Part shown: one piece after another, positions 49,844 to 60,574 of the stretch
How the letters are laid out: each line of letters opens with the position of its first letter
How positions within the stretch are numbered: position 1 is the stretch's first letter
Assembly (NCBI GenBank): GCA_036149055.1
Contig: JAYZQJ010000079.1
Location: forward strand, 9,669-73,668
Reading direction: 5' to 3'
Length of the DNA: 64,000 nt
From: Myxococcota bacterium
GTDB lineage: Bacteria; Myxococcota_A; Polyangia; Polyangiales; Sandaracinaceae
The notes under the pieces: model-generated
Told to the model about the DNA's origin: nothing
What the model saw: only the letters and a program-made list of their open reading frames with translations
Databases searched by the model: none
Program-made: the position numbers and the translations under genes

Positions 49844-51367
49844 ATGAGCGAGGACTCCGCCGACGAAGCATCTGGCGAGGCCCCGGCGCACGCCGACTGG
49901 ATCGGCCGCGTGATCGAGGACCGCTACCGGATCGAGGCGCTGCTGGCCGAGGGCGGCATGGGCGCGGTGTTCGAGGCCACGCACCTGCGCATGGACCGGC
50001 GGGTGGCGCTCAAGATCGTGCACCCCGACCACATGGACAACCGGGTGGTGGTGCAGCGCTTCCAGCGCGAGGTGAAGGCGCACGGTCGGCTCGATCACCC
50101 GAACGTGGTCGCGGCCCTCGACTGCGGCCGCACCAAGACCGGCGAGGCGTACCTCGTCACCCAGCTCGCCCAGGGCGAGAACCTGGCCGACGTGCTCGAG
50201 GTGGGCGCGCTCGGGTGGCGTCGGGCCTGCGAGCTCGGCGCGGAGATCGCCGACGCGCTCCACGCCGCGCACCAGGCGGGGGTCGTGCACCGCGACCTCA
50301 AGCCGAGCAACGTCATCCTGGTGCCCGACGACGACGGGGTGGAGCACGCCCGCCTGATCGACTTCGGCATCGCGCGCTTCATGGACGAGGAGGAGGCGGC
50401 GTCGCCCAAGGCCGAGGGGAGGTCGCTGACCGAGATCGGCACCGCGGTCGGCACGGTGGGCTACATGGCGCCGGAGCAGGGGCTCGGGCAGCCGGTCGAC
50501 GCCCGGACCGATCTCTACGCGCTGGGCGTGCTGATCTTCGAGATGGTGACCGGGGAGCCCCTCTTCGACCGGCGCTCCCTGACGATGACCACGTACATCA
50601 CCCGCCAGCTGACCGAGGATCCGCCCCGGCTCGGCGAGCGGGTGGAGGGCGTGCCCGACGGGCTGAGCGCGCTGGTGGAGCAGCTCCTCCAGGGCAAGCG
50701 CGCCGAGCGGCTCGACGACGCGCGCGAGGTCCGCGAGCGGCTCCGCGAGCTCGCCGTGTGGGTGGAGCCGGAGCCGGCCGAGACGGTGACCGAGGAGACC
50801 GAGGCGGTGGCGCTGCCGTCCGCCGCGAGCGAAGCACCGTCGAGCGCGCGGCCGAGCCGGCCACGGCTGCCGGGCGCGAGAGCTCGCGGCGCCGAGCCGC
50901 TGCTGGAGCGGGTGCGCGCGCGGCCGTGGGGGTTCGCGATCGCGGTGACCGTCGTCGCGGTGGTGGGCATCGTGTGGCTCGCCGTCGGGGGCGACGAGGG
51001 GCCGGGCAAGCCGCCCAAGGCCGAGCAGGCGGCGCCCGCCGCGCCGGTGAGCCCCGCGCCCGCGCCGATGCAGGCGGAGCTCGCGCAGCTCCTCGCCGAC
51101 GAGGTGGACTGGCGCGCCCGGCGCGAGGCCGCTCGGGCCATCTGGGACTTCACGCCGCGCGAGGCGCTCGACCCGCTGACCCTCAACCTCGCGCGCCTCC
51201 AGCTGGTGGCCGACTGCGACGCCCGCCGCCGCACCATCCGGGACCTCGCGGAGCTCGGCGACCCGCGAGCGCTCGGGCCGCTCGCGCGTCACCGGCGCAA
51301 CCGGCGGGATCGCTGTCGCCTGCAGGACGAGTTCATGCAGGCCGAGCGGACGCTCCGCGCGCCCTGA
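49844..51367 (+). CDS. Hanks-type Ser/Thr protein kinase with TM helix
   Basis: EGGMG, VALK, HRDLKPSN, DFG, YMAPEQ, DLYALG. Confidence 0.93.
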   Translation: MSEDSADEASGEAPAHADWIGRVIEDRYRIEALLAEGGMGAVFEATHLRMDRRVALKIVHPDHMDNRVVVQRFQREVKAHGRLDHPNVVAALDCGRTKTGEAYLVTQLAQGENLADVLEVGALGWRRACELGAEIADALHAAHQAGVVHRDLKPSNVILVPDDDGVEHARLIDFGIARFMDEEEAASPKAEGRSLTEIGTAVGTVGYMAPEQGLGQPVDARTDLYALGVLIFEMVTGEPLFDRRSLTMTTYITRQLTEDPPRLGERVEGVPDGLSALVEQLLQGKRAERLDDAREVRERLRELAVWVEPEPAETVTEETEAVALPSAASEAPSSARPSRPRLPGARARGAEPLLERVRARPWGFAIAVTVVAVVGIVWLAVGGDEGPGKPPKAEQAAPAAPVSPAPAPMQAELAQLLADEVDWRARREAARAIWDFTPREALDPLTLNLARLQLVADCDARRRTIRDLAELGDPRALGPLARHRRNRRDRCRLQDEFMQAERTLRAP

Positions 51368-51370
51368 CGA

Positions 51371-52234
51371 TCAGGCGGCGCGGAGCTGCAGGATCTCGCG
51401 CGCCTCCTCGGGCGACGCGATCTCGCGGCCGGCGTTGCGCGCGCACTGGGCGAGGGCCTCGATGAGCTGACCGTTGCCGGTCGTGCGCTCGCCGTCGGGC
51501 AGGTAGAACGTGTCCTCGACCCCGGTACGCAGCATCCCGCCCAGCTCCGCCGCGCGCTGATGGGTCGCCCAGATCTCCTGACGACCGATCAGGGTGCACT
51601 GCCAGGTCGACTCCGGCATCTTGTACTTCAGGAGCAGCTCGAGCAGGTCGTCGTCCACCGGCATGCCGGACGCGACGCCCATCACGAAGTTGTACTGGGC
51701 GGTCTCGGTCATGCCGGCGCCTCGGTAGAGCGCGACCGAGCGCACGATGCCGACGTCGAAGCACTCGAACTCGGGCAGCGCGCCGGTCTTCTGCATGGCC
51801 TTCAGCATGCTGTCGACCTTGCCGACGGGGTTGTCGAAGAGCATCGGCGGCCACGCCCACTGCCCGCCCTTGCGCAGCTTCAGGTAGTTGAGGCTGCCGG
51901 CGTTGCAGGCCGCGATCTCGGGCTCGATGCGATCGATGCAGGCGATGGGGCCGGAGACGTCCGGGCCGACGACGCCGGTGGTCTGGTTGATGATCGCGCC
52001 GGGGCAGGCGTCGCGGATGGCGTCGCTGCAGGCCTTGGCGACCTCCGGGTCCCAGGTCGGCATGTGACCCATGCCGTCGCGCTGGTCGCGGAAGTGGATG
52101 TGGAAGATGGCGGCGCCCGCGTCGAACGCCTCCTTCGCCGAGGCCGCCATCTCCTCGGGGGTGACGGGCACCGGGTGCTGCTTCGGGTTGGTGAGCACGC
52201 CGTTGAGCGCGCAGGTCAGGATCGCCTTGTCCAT
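51371..52234 (-). CDS. Beta-keto acid cleavage enzyme (BKACE/DUF849)
   Basis: PVTPEEMA, HIHFRD, PEFECFD, RTGVEDTFY. Confidence 0.9.
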   Translation of the reverse strand: MDKAILTCALNGVLTNPKQHPVPVTPEEMAASAKEAFDAGAAIFHIHFRDQRDGMGHMPTWDPEVAKACSDAIRDACPGAIINQTTGVVGPDVSGPIACIDRIEPEIAACNAGSLNYLKLRKGGQWAWPPMLFDNPVGKVDSMLKAMQKTGALPEFECFDVGIVRSVALYRGAGMTETAQYNFVMGVASGMPVDDDLLELLLKYKMPESTWQCTLIGRQEIWATHQRAAELGGMLRTGVEDTFYLPDGERTTGNGQLIEALAQCARNAGREIASPEEAREILQLRAA

Positions 52235-52243
52235 GAGTCTCCC

Positions 52244-53037
52244 CTACTTCGATGCCCAGGCGGGCGGTCGCTTGGCCATGAAGGCCTGCATCCCCTCCGC
52301 CGCCTCGTCTCCGCGCGCCGCCTCCGAGAAGACCCGCGCGGCGTGATCGATCTGCGCCTCGGTGACGCCCTGGTAGAGCGAGCCGAGCAGGCGCTTGGTC
52401 GCGGCCGTCGCCTTCGGCGCGCAGCGGAGGATCTGGCTCAGCGTCTCGCGCAGCGCGTCGTCGACCTCCTCGGGCGCGCAGACCTGGTGCACGAGGCCCA
52501 CCCCGAGCGCCGCCTCCGCGTCGAGGCGCGCGCCGGTGACCGCGAGGCGCTTGGCCTGCGAGTAGCCGAGCCGCTCGATGAGGAAGGGCGCGATCTGCGC
52601 CGGCACGACCCCGAGCGAGGTCTCCGGCAGCCGGAAGTCCGCGGTCGTCGTCGCGATGGCGACGTCCACCGTGCAGGCGACGCCGAAGCCGCCGCCCATG
52701 ACCGCGCCCTCGAGGATCGCGACCGTCGGCAGCGGGGTGCGCGCCCAGGCGAGCGCGATGCGGCCGAAGAGCGCGTTGAGCTCGGCCACCGGGTCGGTGT
52801 CGCCGCTCGGCGCCATGCGCGCCTTGGCCATGTCCTTGATGTCGCCGCCGGCGCAGAAGTGCCCGCCTTCGCCGCGGAGCACGATGGCCCGCACGCGGTC
52901 GTTCGCCTCGGCGGCCCGCAGCGCGTCGAGCAGCTCCCCGACCATCGCGCGAGACATCGCGTTGCGGACCTCGGGGCGGGCGAGGGTGACGGTCAGCACG
53001 CCGCCCTCGATGGCGGTCCGGATGGGGGCGCCCACGC

Positions 53038-53041
<4 letters not shown>
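52244..53041 (-). CDS. Enoyl-CoA hydratase (AtuE/LiuC-like)
   Basis: PEVRNAMS, FCAGGDI, GGGFG, LPETSLGVVPAQIAPF. Confidence 0.9.
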
Positions 53042-54201
<1,160 letters not shown>

Positions 54202-54220
54202 GGCCGGACTCTGACCGTGG

Positions 54221-54236
54221 TTGACGTATGCGTCAA
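54221..54236. promoter_or_regulatory. LiuR-type operator palindrome
   Basis: TTGACGTATGCGTCAA, one mismatch from TTGACGTnnACGTCAA, between divergent genes. Confidence 0.7.
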
Positions 54237-54297
54237 GCATCGCCTGCTACGTCATCTCGTTGCGCCTCGCGTCACCAAGGGGTAGCTTGCGTCCATC

Positions 54298-54720
54298 ATG
54301 GCCGACTCCGCCCAGTCCTTCGTCCGCGCGCACCGCGAGGGCGCCACGAGCGAGGTGTGGGGCATCGGAGACCTCGCCCGCGAGCTCGAGACCACGGCGC
54401 GCGCCATCCGCTTCTACGAGTCGAAGGGCCTGCTCTCCCCGCAGCGCGTCGGCTCCACCCGCGTCTACGGCCGCCGCGAGCGCGCGCGCCTCCAGCTCAT
54501 CCTCCGCGCGAAGTCCCTCGGCCTCTCACTCCGCGAGATCAAGCAGTACCTCGACCTCTACGGCGAGCACGGCGAGGGCCGGAAGAAGCAGCTCGAGATG
54601 GTCGTCGAGCGCACCGGCCAGATGATCTCCGAGCTCGAAGCGAAGCGCGCCGAGATCGACAAGACCCTCGCCGAGCTCCGCCTCATCCGTCGGGAAAGCC
54701 AGAAGAAACTCTCCCCATAG
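54298..54720 (+). CDS. liuR: MerR-family regulator, LiuR-like
   Basis: TTARAIRFYESKGLL..R..RLQLILRAKSLGLSLREIKQYLDLY; adjacent to the operator and acyl-CoA genes. Confidence 0.75.
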   Translation: MADSAQSFVRAHREGATSEVWGIGDLARELETTARAIRFYESKGLLSPQRVGSTRVYGRRERARLQLILRAKSLGLSLREIKQYLDLYGEHGEGRKKQLEMVVERTGQMISELEAKRAEIDKTLAELRLIRRESQKKLSP

Positions 54721-54771
54721 AAGCGTCAGTCGCTTCCCTCGTTCTGCGTCTTGCGTTGGCCGCAACTAATT

Positions 54772-54798
54772 TCACGCAGAGGCGCAGAGTCGCAGAGG
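54772..54798 (+). repeat. Left inverted-repeat arm, (CGCAGAGG/T)3
   Basis: TCACGCAGAGGCGCAGAGTCGCAGAGG. Confidence 0.85.
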
Positions 54799-54806
54799 GG
54801 GGTGTG

Positions 54807-55190
54807 GTGCACGAGAACGAGATCACGGGGGCGATCGTCGACGCCGCGCTGCGTGTCCACCGGGGGCTCGGGCCAGGGCTGCTCGAGTCGGTCTACGAGA
54901 CCGTGCTCGCCTACGAGCTCGCCAGACGAGGGATGAGTGTCGCCGCGCAGGTCTCGATCGCGATCGACTACGACACGCTTCACATCCCGGCCGCGTTCCG
55001 CGCTGATCTCGTGGTGGAGAGCTGCGTTCTGGTCGAGCTGAAATCCGTGAAGCGAGTCACGGACCTACATCGCAAGCAGGCCCTGACCTACATGCGTCTG
55101 ATGAACATCCGCGTCGGCCTCGTTCTCAACTTCAACGAGCTCCTCATGCGTGATGGGATTCACAGGATCGCGAATGGAGCCCCGGACTGA
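54807..55190 (+). CDS. GxxExxY protein (PD-(D/E)xK nuclease superfamily)
   Basis: LGPGLLESVY, RADLVVE..LVELKSV, GLVLNF. Confidence 0.92.
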   Translation: MHENEITGAIVDAALRVHRGLGPGLLESVYETVLAYELARRGMSVAAQVSIAIDYDTLHIPAAFRADLVVESCVLVELKSVKRVTDLHRKQALTYMRLMNIRVGLVLNFNELLMRDGIHRIANGAPD

Positions 55191-55205
55191 GGCCACCCCG
55201 CATCG

Positions 55206-55232
55206 CCTCTGCGCCTCTGCGCCTCTGCGAGA
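55206..55232 (-). repeat. Right inverted-repeat arm, (CCTCTGCG)3
   Basis: Reverse complement TCTCGCAGAGGCGCAGAGGCGCAGAGG; 25/27 identical to the left arm. Confidence 0.85.
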
Positions 55233-55250
55233 GACCTTTGTCGAGACGTT

Positions 55251-56468
55251 TCAGAACGAGGCGAGGGTGAGGAGGGTGGCGGCGAGGGTGAGGGGGGTGG
55301 CGAAGAGCAGGGTGGTGGCGAGGCGCGGGTGGCGGTCGACGAAGCGGCCGGCTTCGCGGGTGACGCGCTTGGTGAGCGACATCGGGCACTGGACCCGGAC
55401 CCGGCCGGCGAGGGCCGCCTCGAGCTCGTGGATCATCTCCTCGGCGCTGCCCCAGCGGGCGTCGCGGTCCTTCTGCATGCCGCGGCGGAGGAAGTGCACG
55501 TACTCGATGGGGAGGGGGCCCTGGGACGCGTGGGTCCACGCCGGCATGTCGGTCACCGGAGGGAGCGGCGCCTCCATCGCGCCGGAGAGCTGTCCGGGCA
55601 CGTTCTGGGGCCGGTCGGCGAGGTAGTGGCGCAGGGTCATCAGCTCGTGGAACACGACGCACGCCGCGTAGAGATCGCTCCGGACGTCGAGATCCGGGGC
55701 GCCGCGCGCCTGCTCGGGCGACATGTAGGACGGGGTCCCGACGATGGCGCCGTGCTGGGTGTGCACGAGGCGGCGCTGGTAGGCGTCGTCGTCCGCCGGG
55801 AGCTCCGCGCCGCCGATCGGCTTCGCGATGCCCCAGTCCATCAGGACCACCTCGCCCAGGCGGCCGATCATCACGTTGGCCGGCTTCAGGTCGCGGTGGA
55901 GGAAGCCGCGCTCGTGCGCGTGGGCGAGGGCCCGCAGCAGGCCGAGGAAGACGTGGACCCGGGCGTCGAAGTCGAAGCGCTCGTGCGCCTCTCGGTCGCC
56001 CGCGGCGAGGCGCTCGATGACGGTCTCGAGCGTCTCGCCCTCGACGTACTTCATCACGAAGAAGTAGCGGCCCTCTTCGTCGAGCCCGACGTCGTGGATG
56101 GGCACGATGTTCGGGTGCTCGAGCTTGCCGACGGTGCGCACCTCCTCGGCGAAGCGGGCGAGGGCCTGGCGGCTCATGCCCGGGTGCGCGCGCTTCAGGG
56201 CGACGCGGCGGTCGATGTCGTTGTCGTGGGCGAGCCGGACCTCGCCCATGCCGCCTTCCCCGAGGAGCTGGTCGCCCTCGTAGCGGAGCCGGCCCTCGAA
56301 CACGAGCTCGAGGCCATCGTCCCGCGCGTCCACGCGAGGGAGCACGGTGCGGACGGCGCTCCCGCGCGGGTCGGCCGCGGATGTGGCGCTCGGAGAGTCG
56401 GCGCTGCTCGGGTCAGCGAGCGTGTCGGCGTCGGCGGCGGTGGGGGCGGTCCCGAGATCGAGCTGCAC
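55251..56468 (-). CDS. Hanks-type Ser/Thr protein kinase
   Basis: GEGGMG, VALK, HRDLKPAN, DWG, GTPSYMSPEQ. Confidence 0.9.
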   Translation of the reverse strand: MQLDLGTAPTAADADTLADPSSADSPSATSAADPRGSAVRTVLPRVDARDDGLELVFEGRLRYEGDQLLGEGGMGEVRLAHDNDIDRRVALKRAHPGMSRQALARFAEEVRTVGKLEHPNIVPIHDVGLDEEGRYFFVMKYVEGETLETVIERLAAGDREAHERFDFDARVHVFLGLLRALAHAHERGFLHRDLKPANVMIGRLGEVVLMDWGIAKPIGGAELPADDDAYQRRLVHTQHGAIVGTPSYMSPEQARGAPDLDVRSDLYAACVVFHELMTLRHYLADRPQNVPGQLSGAMEAPLPPVTDMPAWTHASQGPLPIEYVHFLRRGMQKDRDARWGSAEEMIHELEAALAGRVRVQCPMSLTKRVTREAGRFVDRHPRLATTLLFATPLTLAATLLTLASF

Positions 56469-56511
56469 CGTGACATCTTCGGGCCTGCGCCCGCCGGCGG
56501 CAATGGCCGGA

Positions 56512-57012
56512 TCAGTAGGGCAGGCCGAGCTTGCGGTAGGCGAAGTGCAGGAGCCAGGCCGGGCCGATCATCAGGAAGGTGAGGTCTTCCAGGAACGAGG
56601 GCTTCTTCCCCTCGATCTTGTGACCCACGAACTGGCCGATCCACGCCAGCACGAAGAGGCCGAGGGCGAAGCCCCAGAGGGGGAGGGCGCCGGCCAGGGC
56701 GCTGCCTTCGAAGGCGAGGATCAGCGCGACCGACGCGCTGGAGTAGAAGGCGAGCCCCACCGCCAGGGGCGGCGAGAGGTAGACGTAGTAGAGCAGCGCC
56801 GCCGACAGCATGATCGTCGCCCAGTTGAGCAGAGGCACGGCCGCGAAGGCGGCGGGCGTCGGGATCGACCAGAAGAGCGCGATCACGGTCCACACGATGA
56901 CCGGGACGCAGAGCCAGTGGATGACCTCGTTGGTCCCGTTCTGGTGGCTCTCGCCGTAGCGGGCGAGCAGGCGGTCGATGGGGCGGGTGGCGTCGAGGGT
57001 GGCGTCCGACAT
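56512..57012 (-). CDS. DUF962 / Mpo1-like membrane protein
   Basis: YGESHQN..N..IHWLCVP, WIGQFVGHKIEGKKPSF. Confidence 0.9.
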   Translation of the reverse strand: MSDATLDATRPIDRLLARYGESHQNGTNEVIHWLCVPVIVWTVIALFWSIPTPAAFAAVPLLNWATIMLSAALLYYVYLSPPLAVGLAFYSSASVALILAFEGSALAGALPLWGFALGLFVLAWIGQFVGHKIEGKKPSFLEDLTFLMIGPAWLLHFAYRKLGLPY

Positions 57013-57092
57013 GGCGGGGCTCCTTGGGGAACGGTTGTTAGGTGACGGGTGTAATGTGACGCTCGTCCCTCGTCAAGGCGTAGGATGCGTCG

Positions 57093-57656
57093 GTGCCCCC
57101 CAAACCACGATTCGACCGGGACACGGTGCTCGACGCGGCGATGGAGGTCGCGCGGCGAGACGGCTTCGCGGCCGTCACCGCGCGCAGCGTCGCCAAGGCG
57201 CTCGGCGCCTCCACCGCGCCCGTGACCTCCTACTTCGACAACATGGAGAGCCTCGGCCGCGCGGTCGTGGGCCGGGTGGTCGAGGCGCTGATCCGCCGCA
57301 TCTCCGAGACGGAGGGCGAGGATCCGCTGCACGTGGCCGCGTTCGCGATGGCGCGCTTCGCGGCCGACGAGCCGCGGCTCTACGAGGCGCTCTTCCTCGT
57401 GCCGCACGCCGCGCCGCCGGACTGGGTGGCGCTGAGGCGCGGCTTCGCGGAGGGCATGGGTGAGGCTCCGCGCTACGCGGCGCTGTCGACGCGGGACCGG
57501 GACGCGGTCGCGTGGCGCGCCTCGGTGGTGACGCACGGCATCTGCATCGAGGTGTGGTCCGGCCGCTGGGCCAAGACCTCGGACGCGGCGCTGCGGCGCC
57601 TGGTGGCCGACCTCGTCGAGCCGGTGGTCGCTCGCTTCCTCGCCGAGCGGGCGTAG
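57093..57656 (+). CDS. TetR-family transcriptional regulator
   Basis: N-terminal HTH GFAAVTARSVAKALGAS. Confidence 0.88.
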   Translation: MPPKPRFDRDTVLDAAMEVARRDGFAAVTARSVAKALGASTAPVTSYFDNMESLGRAVVGRVVEALIRRISETEGEDPLHVAAFAMARFAADEPRLYEALFLVPHAAPPDWVALRRGFAEGMGEAPRYAALSTRDRDAVAWRASVVTHGICIEVWSGRWAKTSDAALRRLVADLVEPVVARFLAERA

Positions 57657-57670
57657 ACTGCGAGCCTCCG

Positions 57671-59116
57671 ATGGAACACTTCGACGTCCTCATCGTCGGC
57701 GCCGGCATCTCCGGCATCGGCGCGGCCTACCACCTCCAGACCCTGTGTCCGGGCCGCACCTACGCCGTGCTCGAGGGGCGCGAGAACATCGGCGGCACCT
57801 GGGATCTCTTCCGCTACCCGGGCATCCGCTCGGACTCGGACATGTACACCCTCGGTTATCGCTTCAAGCCGTGGAAGGAGCAGAAGGCCATCGCCGACGG
57901 GCCGGACATCCTGAAGTACCTGAAGGAGACGGCCGAGGAGAACGGGATCGACCGGCACATCCGCTTCTCCCATCACGTGACGAGCGCGGCGTGGTCGAGC
58001 GAGACCGACACGTGGACGGTCGAGGCGCGCGACGAGGCGAGCGGCGAGACGCGCGTCTTCTCCGCCGGGTTCCTCTTCATGTGCACCGGCTACTACGACT
58101 ACGAGGAGGGCTACACGCCCGACTTCCCGGGGATCGATCGCTTCGAGGGGCGGGTCGTGCACCCGCAGAAGTGGACCGAGGACATCGACTACGAGGGCAA
58201 GCGCGTCGTGGTGATCGGCAGCGGCGCCACCGCGGTGACGCTCGTGCCCGCGCTCGCCGAGAAGGCCGCGCACGTAACGATGCTGCAGCGCACGCCGAGC
58301 TACGTGGTCACCGTGCCGGGCGAGGATCCGGTCGCGAAGCTGCTGCGCCGTCGCCTCCCCCCGAAGGCGCACTACCGCGTGATGCGGTGGAAGAACGTGC
58401 TCGTCAGCCTCGGCCTCTACACCGCCTCGCGGAAGGCGCCGAAGAAGATGCGCGCGCTCTTCAAGAAGGGCGTGCAGAACGAGCTCGGCGAGGACTACGA
58501 CGTCGACACCCACTTCGACCCTCCGTACGACCCGTGGGACCAGCGGCTCTGCCTGGTGCCGGACTCGGATCTCTTCCGCGCGATCAAGAGCGAGCGCGCG
58601 ACGGTGGTCACCGATCACATCGAGACGTTCACCGAGCGGGGCCTGAAGCTGCGCTCCGGCGAGGAGCTCGAGGCCGACATCATCGTGACCGCGACCGGGC
58701 TCAAGCTCTGCTTCATGAGCAACATCGCGCTCCGCGTCGACGGCCGCGAGGTCGAGCCCAGCGAGCTCTGGACGTACAAGGCGATGATGTTCAGCGACGT
58801 GCCGAACCTCGCGCTCTGGTTCGGCTACACCAACGCGTCCTGGACCCTCAAGGCGGACCTCACCAGCGAGTACGTCTGCCGCCTGCTCAACCACATGAAG
58901 GCGAAGGGCTACTCGCGCTTCGTCCCGCGGGCGCACGATCCGACGCTCGAGGAGCGCCCCTTCGTCGACCTCGCCTCGGGCTACATCGAGCGCGCTCAGG
59001 GCATGCTCCCCAAGCAGGGCAGCAAGCGCCCGTGGCGCCTCCACATGAACTACATCCTCGACGTGCTCAGCATCCGCTACAGCAACGTCGACGACCCGGC
59101 GATGGAGTTCCGGTAG
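57671..59116 (+). CDS. Flavin-containing (Baeyer-Villiger) monooxygenase, EthA-like
   Basis: GAGISG, GGTWDLFRYPGIRSDSD, FEGRVVHPQKW, GSGATA, ATG. Confidence 0.92.
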   Translation: MEHFDVLIVGAGISGIGAAYHLQTLCPGRTYAVLEGRENIGGTWDLFRYPGIRSDSDMYTLGYRFKPWKEQKAIADGPDILKYLKETAEENGIDRHIRFSHHVTSAAWSSETDTWTVEARDEASGETRVFSAGFLFMCTGYYDYEEGYTPDFPGIDRFEGRVVHPQKWTEDIDYEGKRVVVIGSGATAVTLVPALAEKAAHVTMLQRTPSYVVTVPGEDPVAKLLRRRLPPKAHYRVMRWKNVLVSLGLYTASRKAPKKMRALFKKGVQNELGEDYDVDTHFDPPYDPWDQRLCLVPDSDLFRAIKSERATVVTDHIETFTERGLKLRSGEELEADIIVTATGLKLCFMSNIALRVDGREVEPSELWTYKAMMFSDVPNLALWFGYTNASWTLKADLTSEYVCRLLNHMKAKGYSRFVPRAHDPTLEERPFVDLASGYIERAQGMLPKQGSKRPWRLHMNYILDVLSIRYSNVDDPAMEFR

Positions 59117-59154
59117 CGGTCGCGCGCGCGGGCTCGGGGCGTACGTCTGCCTAC

Positions 59155-59991
59155 ATGCCCCGCTCCTCCCTCCCGGTCCCGCTGCGCAACCACGTCGCCC
59201 TCCACTACGGCCCCTGGGCGGTCGTCACTGGCGCGTCCGGCGGGATCGGCCGCGCGCTGGCCCGCGGCCTCGCCGACGCGGAGGTCAGCCTGGTGCTCGT
59301 CGCCCGCGGGGAGGAGCGCCTCCGCGCGCTCGCGGAGGAGCTGACCCGGACCCGGGGCATCGAGACGCGGGCCGTGTCGCTCGACCTGACCCGACGGGAC
59401 GCGGCGCGCGCGCTCGACGAGGTCACCCGGGAGCTCGACGTCGGGCTGCTCGTGGCGTCGGCCGGGTTCGGGGGCTCGGGGCTGCTGGTCGACGCGGAGC
59501 TGGACGAAGAGCTCGACATGATCGACCTGAACTGCCGGTCGGTGATGGCGCTCAGTCACCTCTTCGGTCGCCGCCTCGCGCGCCGGGGTCGCGGCGGTCT
59601 GGTGCTGATGAGCTCGCTGCACGCGTTCCAGGGGGTGCCGCGGGCGGCGAACTACGCGGCGACGAAGGCCTACGTGCAGTCCCTCGCCGAGGGGCTCGGG
59701 CACGAGCTGTCGCAGTTCGGCGTCGACGTGCTCGCCTGCGCGCCGGGCCCGGTGGAGAGCGGCTTCGCGGCCCGCGCCGGGATGCGGATCGAGAACGGGC
59801 TGAGGCCCGAGGCGCTGGTGCGCGAGATCCTCGCCGCGCTCGGGCGAAAGCGGGTGGTCCGGCCGGGCCTGCGATCCAAGGCGCTCGAGCTGTCCCTCGC
59901 GCTGCTGCCCCGGTTCGGGCGGGTCCTCGCGCTCCGCGCGCTGATGGGCGGCATGACCAAGCACCAGGCGCCGCGATCCCTGCCCGCCTGA
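59155..59991 (+). CDS. SDR-family oxidoreductase
   Basis: TGASGGIG, YAATK. Confidence 0.9.
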   Translation: MPRSSLPVPLRNHVALHYGPWAVVTGASGGIGRALARGLADAEVSLVLVARGEERLRALAEELTRTRGIETRAVSLDLTRRDAARALDEVTRELDVGLLVASAGFGGSGLLVDAELDEELDMIDLNCRSVMALSHLFGRRLARRGRGGLVLMSSLHAFQGVPRAANYAATKAYVQSLAEGLGHELSQFGVDVLACAPGPVESGFAARAGMRIENGLRPEALVREILAALGRKRVVRPGLRSKALELSLALLPRFGRVLALRALMGGMTKHQAPRSLPA

Positions 59992-60032
59992 CTTCGGGGA
60001 GAGGGCGGGGCGCGCCCGCGTAGACTCGAGCG

Positions 60033-60557
60033 GTGAGGACGCGCTCGAGAGTCCTGGCGGTGCTCGCCTGGGCCGCGGTCGCCTCCGGTTGCGCGCTGAC
60101 GGCCCGGGTGGAGATCGGCCCGACGCTCGACACGGACGGCGCGTTCGGCGTCGAAGCCCGCGTGCGCGCCACCTTCGGGCCGGGCGACGACATCGGCGCG
60201 GTCACGGCGGGCGTGTACGGCGCGGTCGGGGGCGCGGACGCGCCGGGCCGGGAGCTGGCCGGGGGCTTCGGCGGCGTCTTCGGCGCCGAAGGGCTCTTCG
60301 ACGACCACAGCCACGTGCACGCCGAGCTGCTCCTCGGCCCCCGGATCGAGGCGGGGCGGTGGCTCGGGGCGCTCGGACTACAGCTCGGCGCGGGCTACGC
60401 CCTCCTCGACGAGCGGGGGCGGCGGCGCGTGCTCTTCGGTCGGCCTCGCCTGGGGCTCGTGCTCGGCCTCGACCTCCGGGTCGAGTACGTCTGGGGCGAG
60501 GTCGGCGACCGCGCCCTGTTCGCGCTGCCCGTCTACTTCGCCCTGTTTCGGAGCTGA
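60033..60557 (+). CDS. Hypothetical lipoprotein (beta-rich)
   Basis: Lipobox ASGC. Confidence 0.55.
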   Translation: MRTRSRVLAVLAWAAVASGCALTARVEIGPTLDTDGAFGVEARVRATFGPGDDIGAVTAGVYGAVGGADAPGRELAGGFGGVFGAEGLFDDHSHVHAELLLGPRIEAGRWLGALGLQLGAGYALLDERGRRRVLFGRPRLGLVLGLDLRVEYVWGEVGDRALFALPVYFALFRS

Positions 60558-60574
60558 CGTGCTACGTGCACCGA

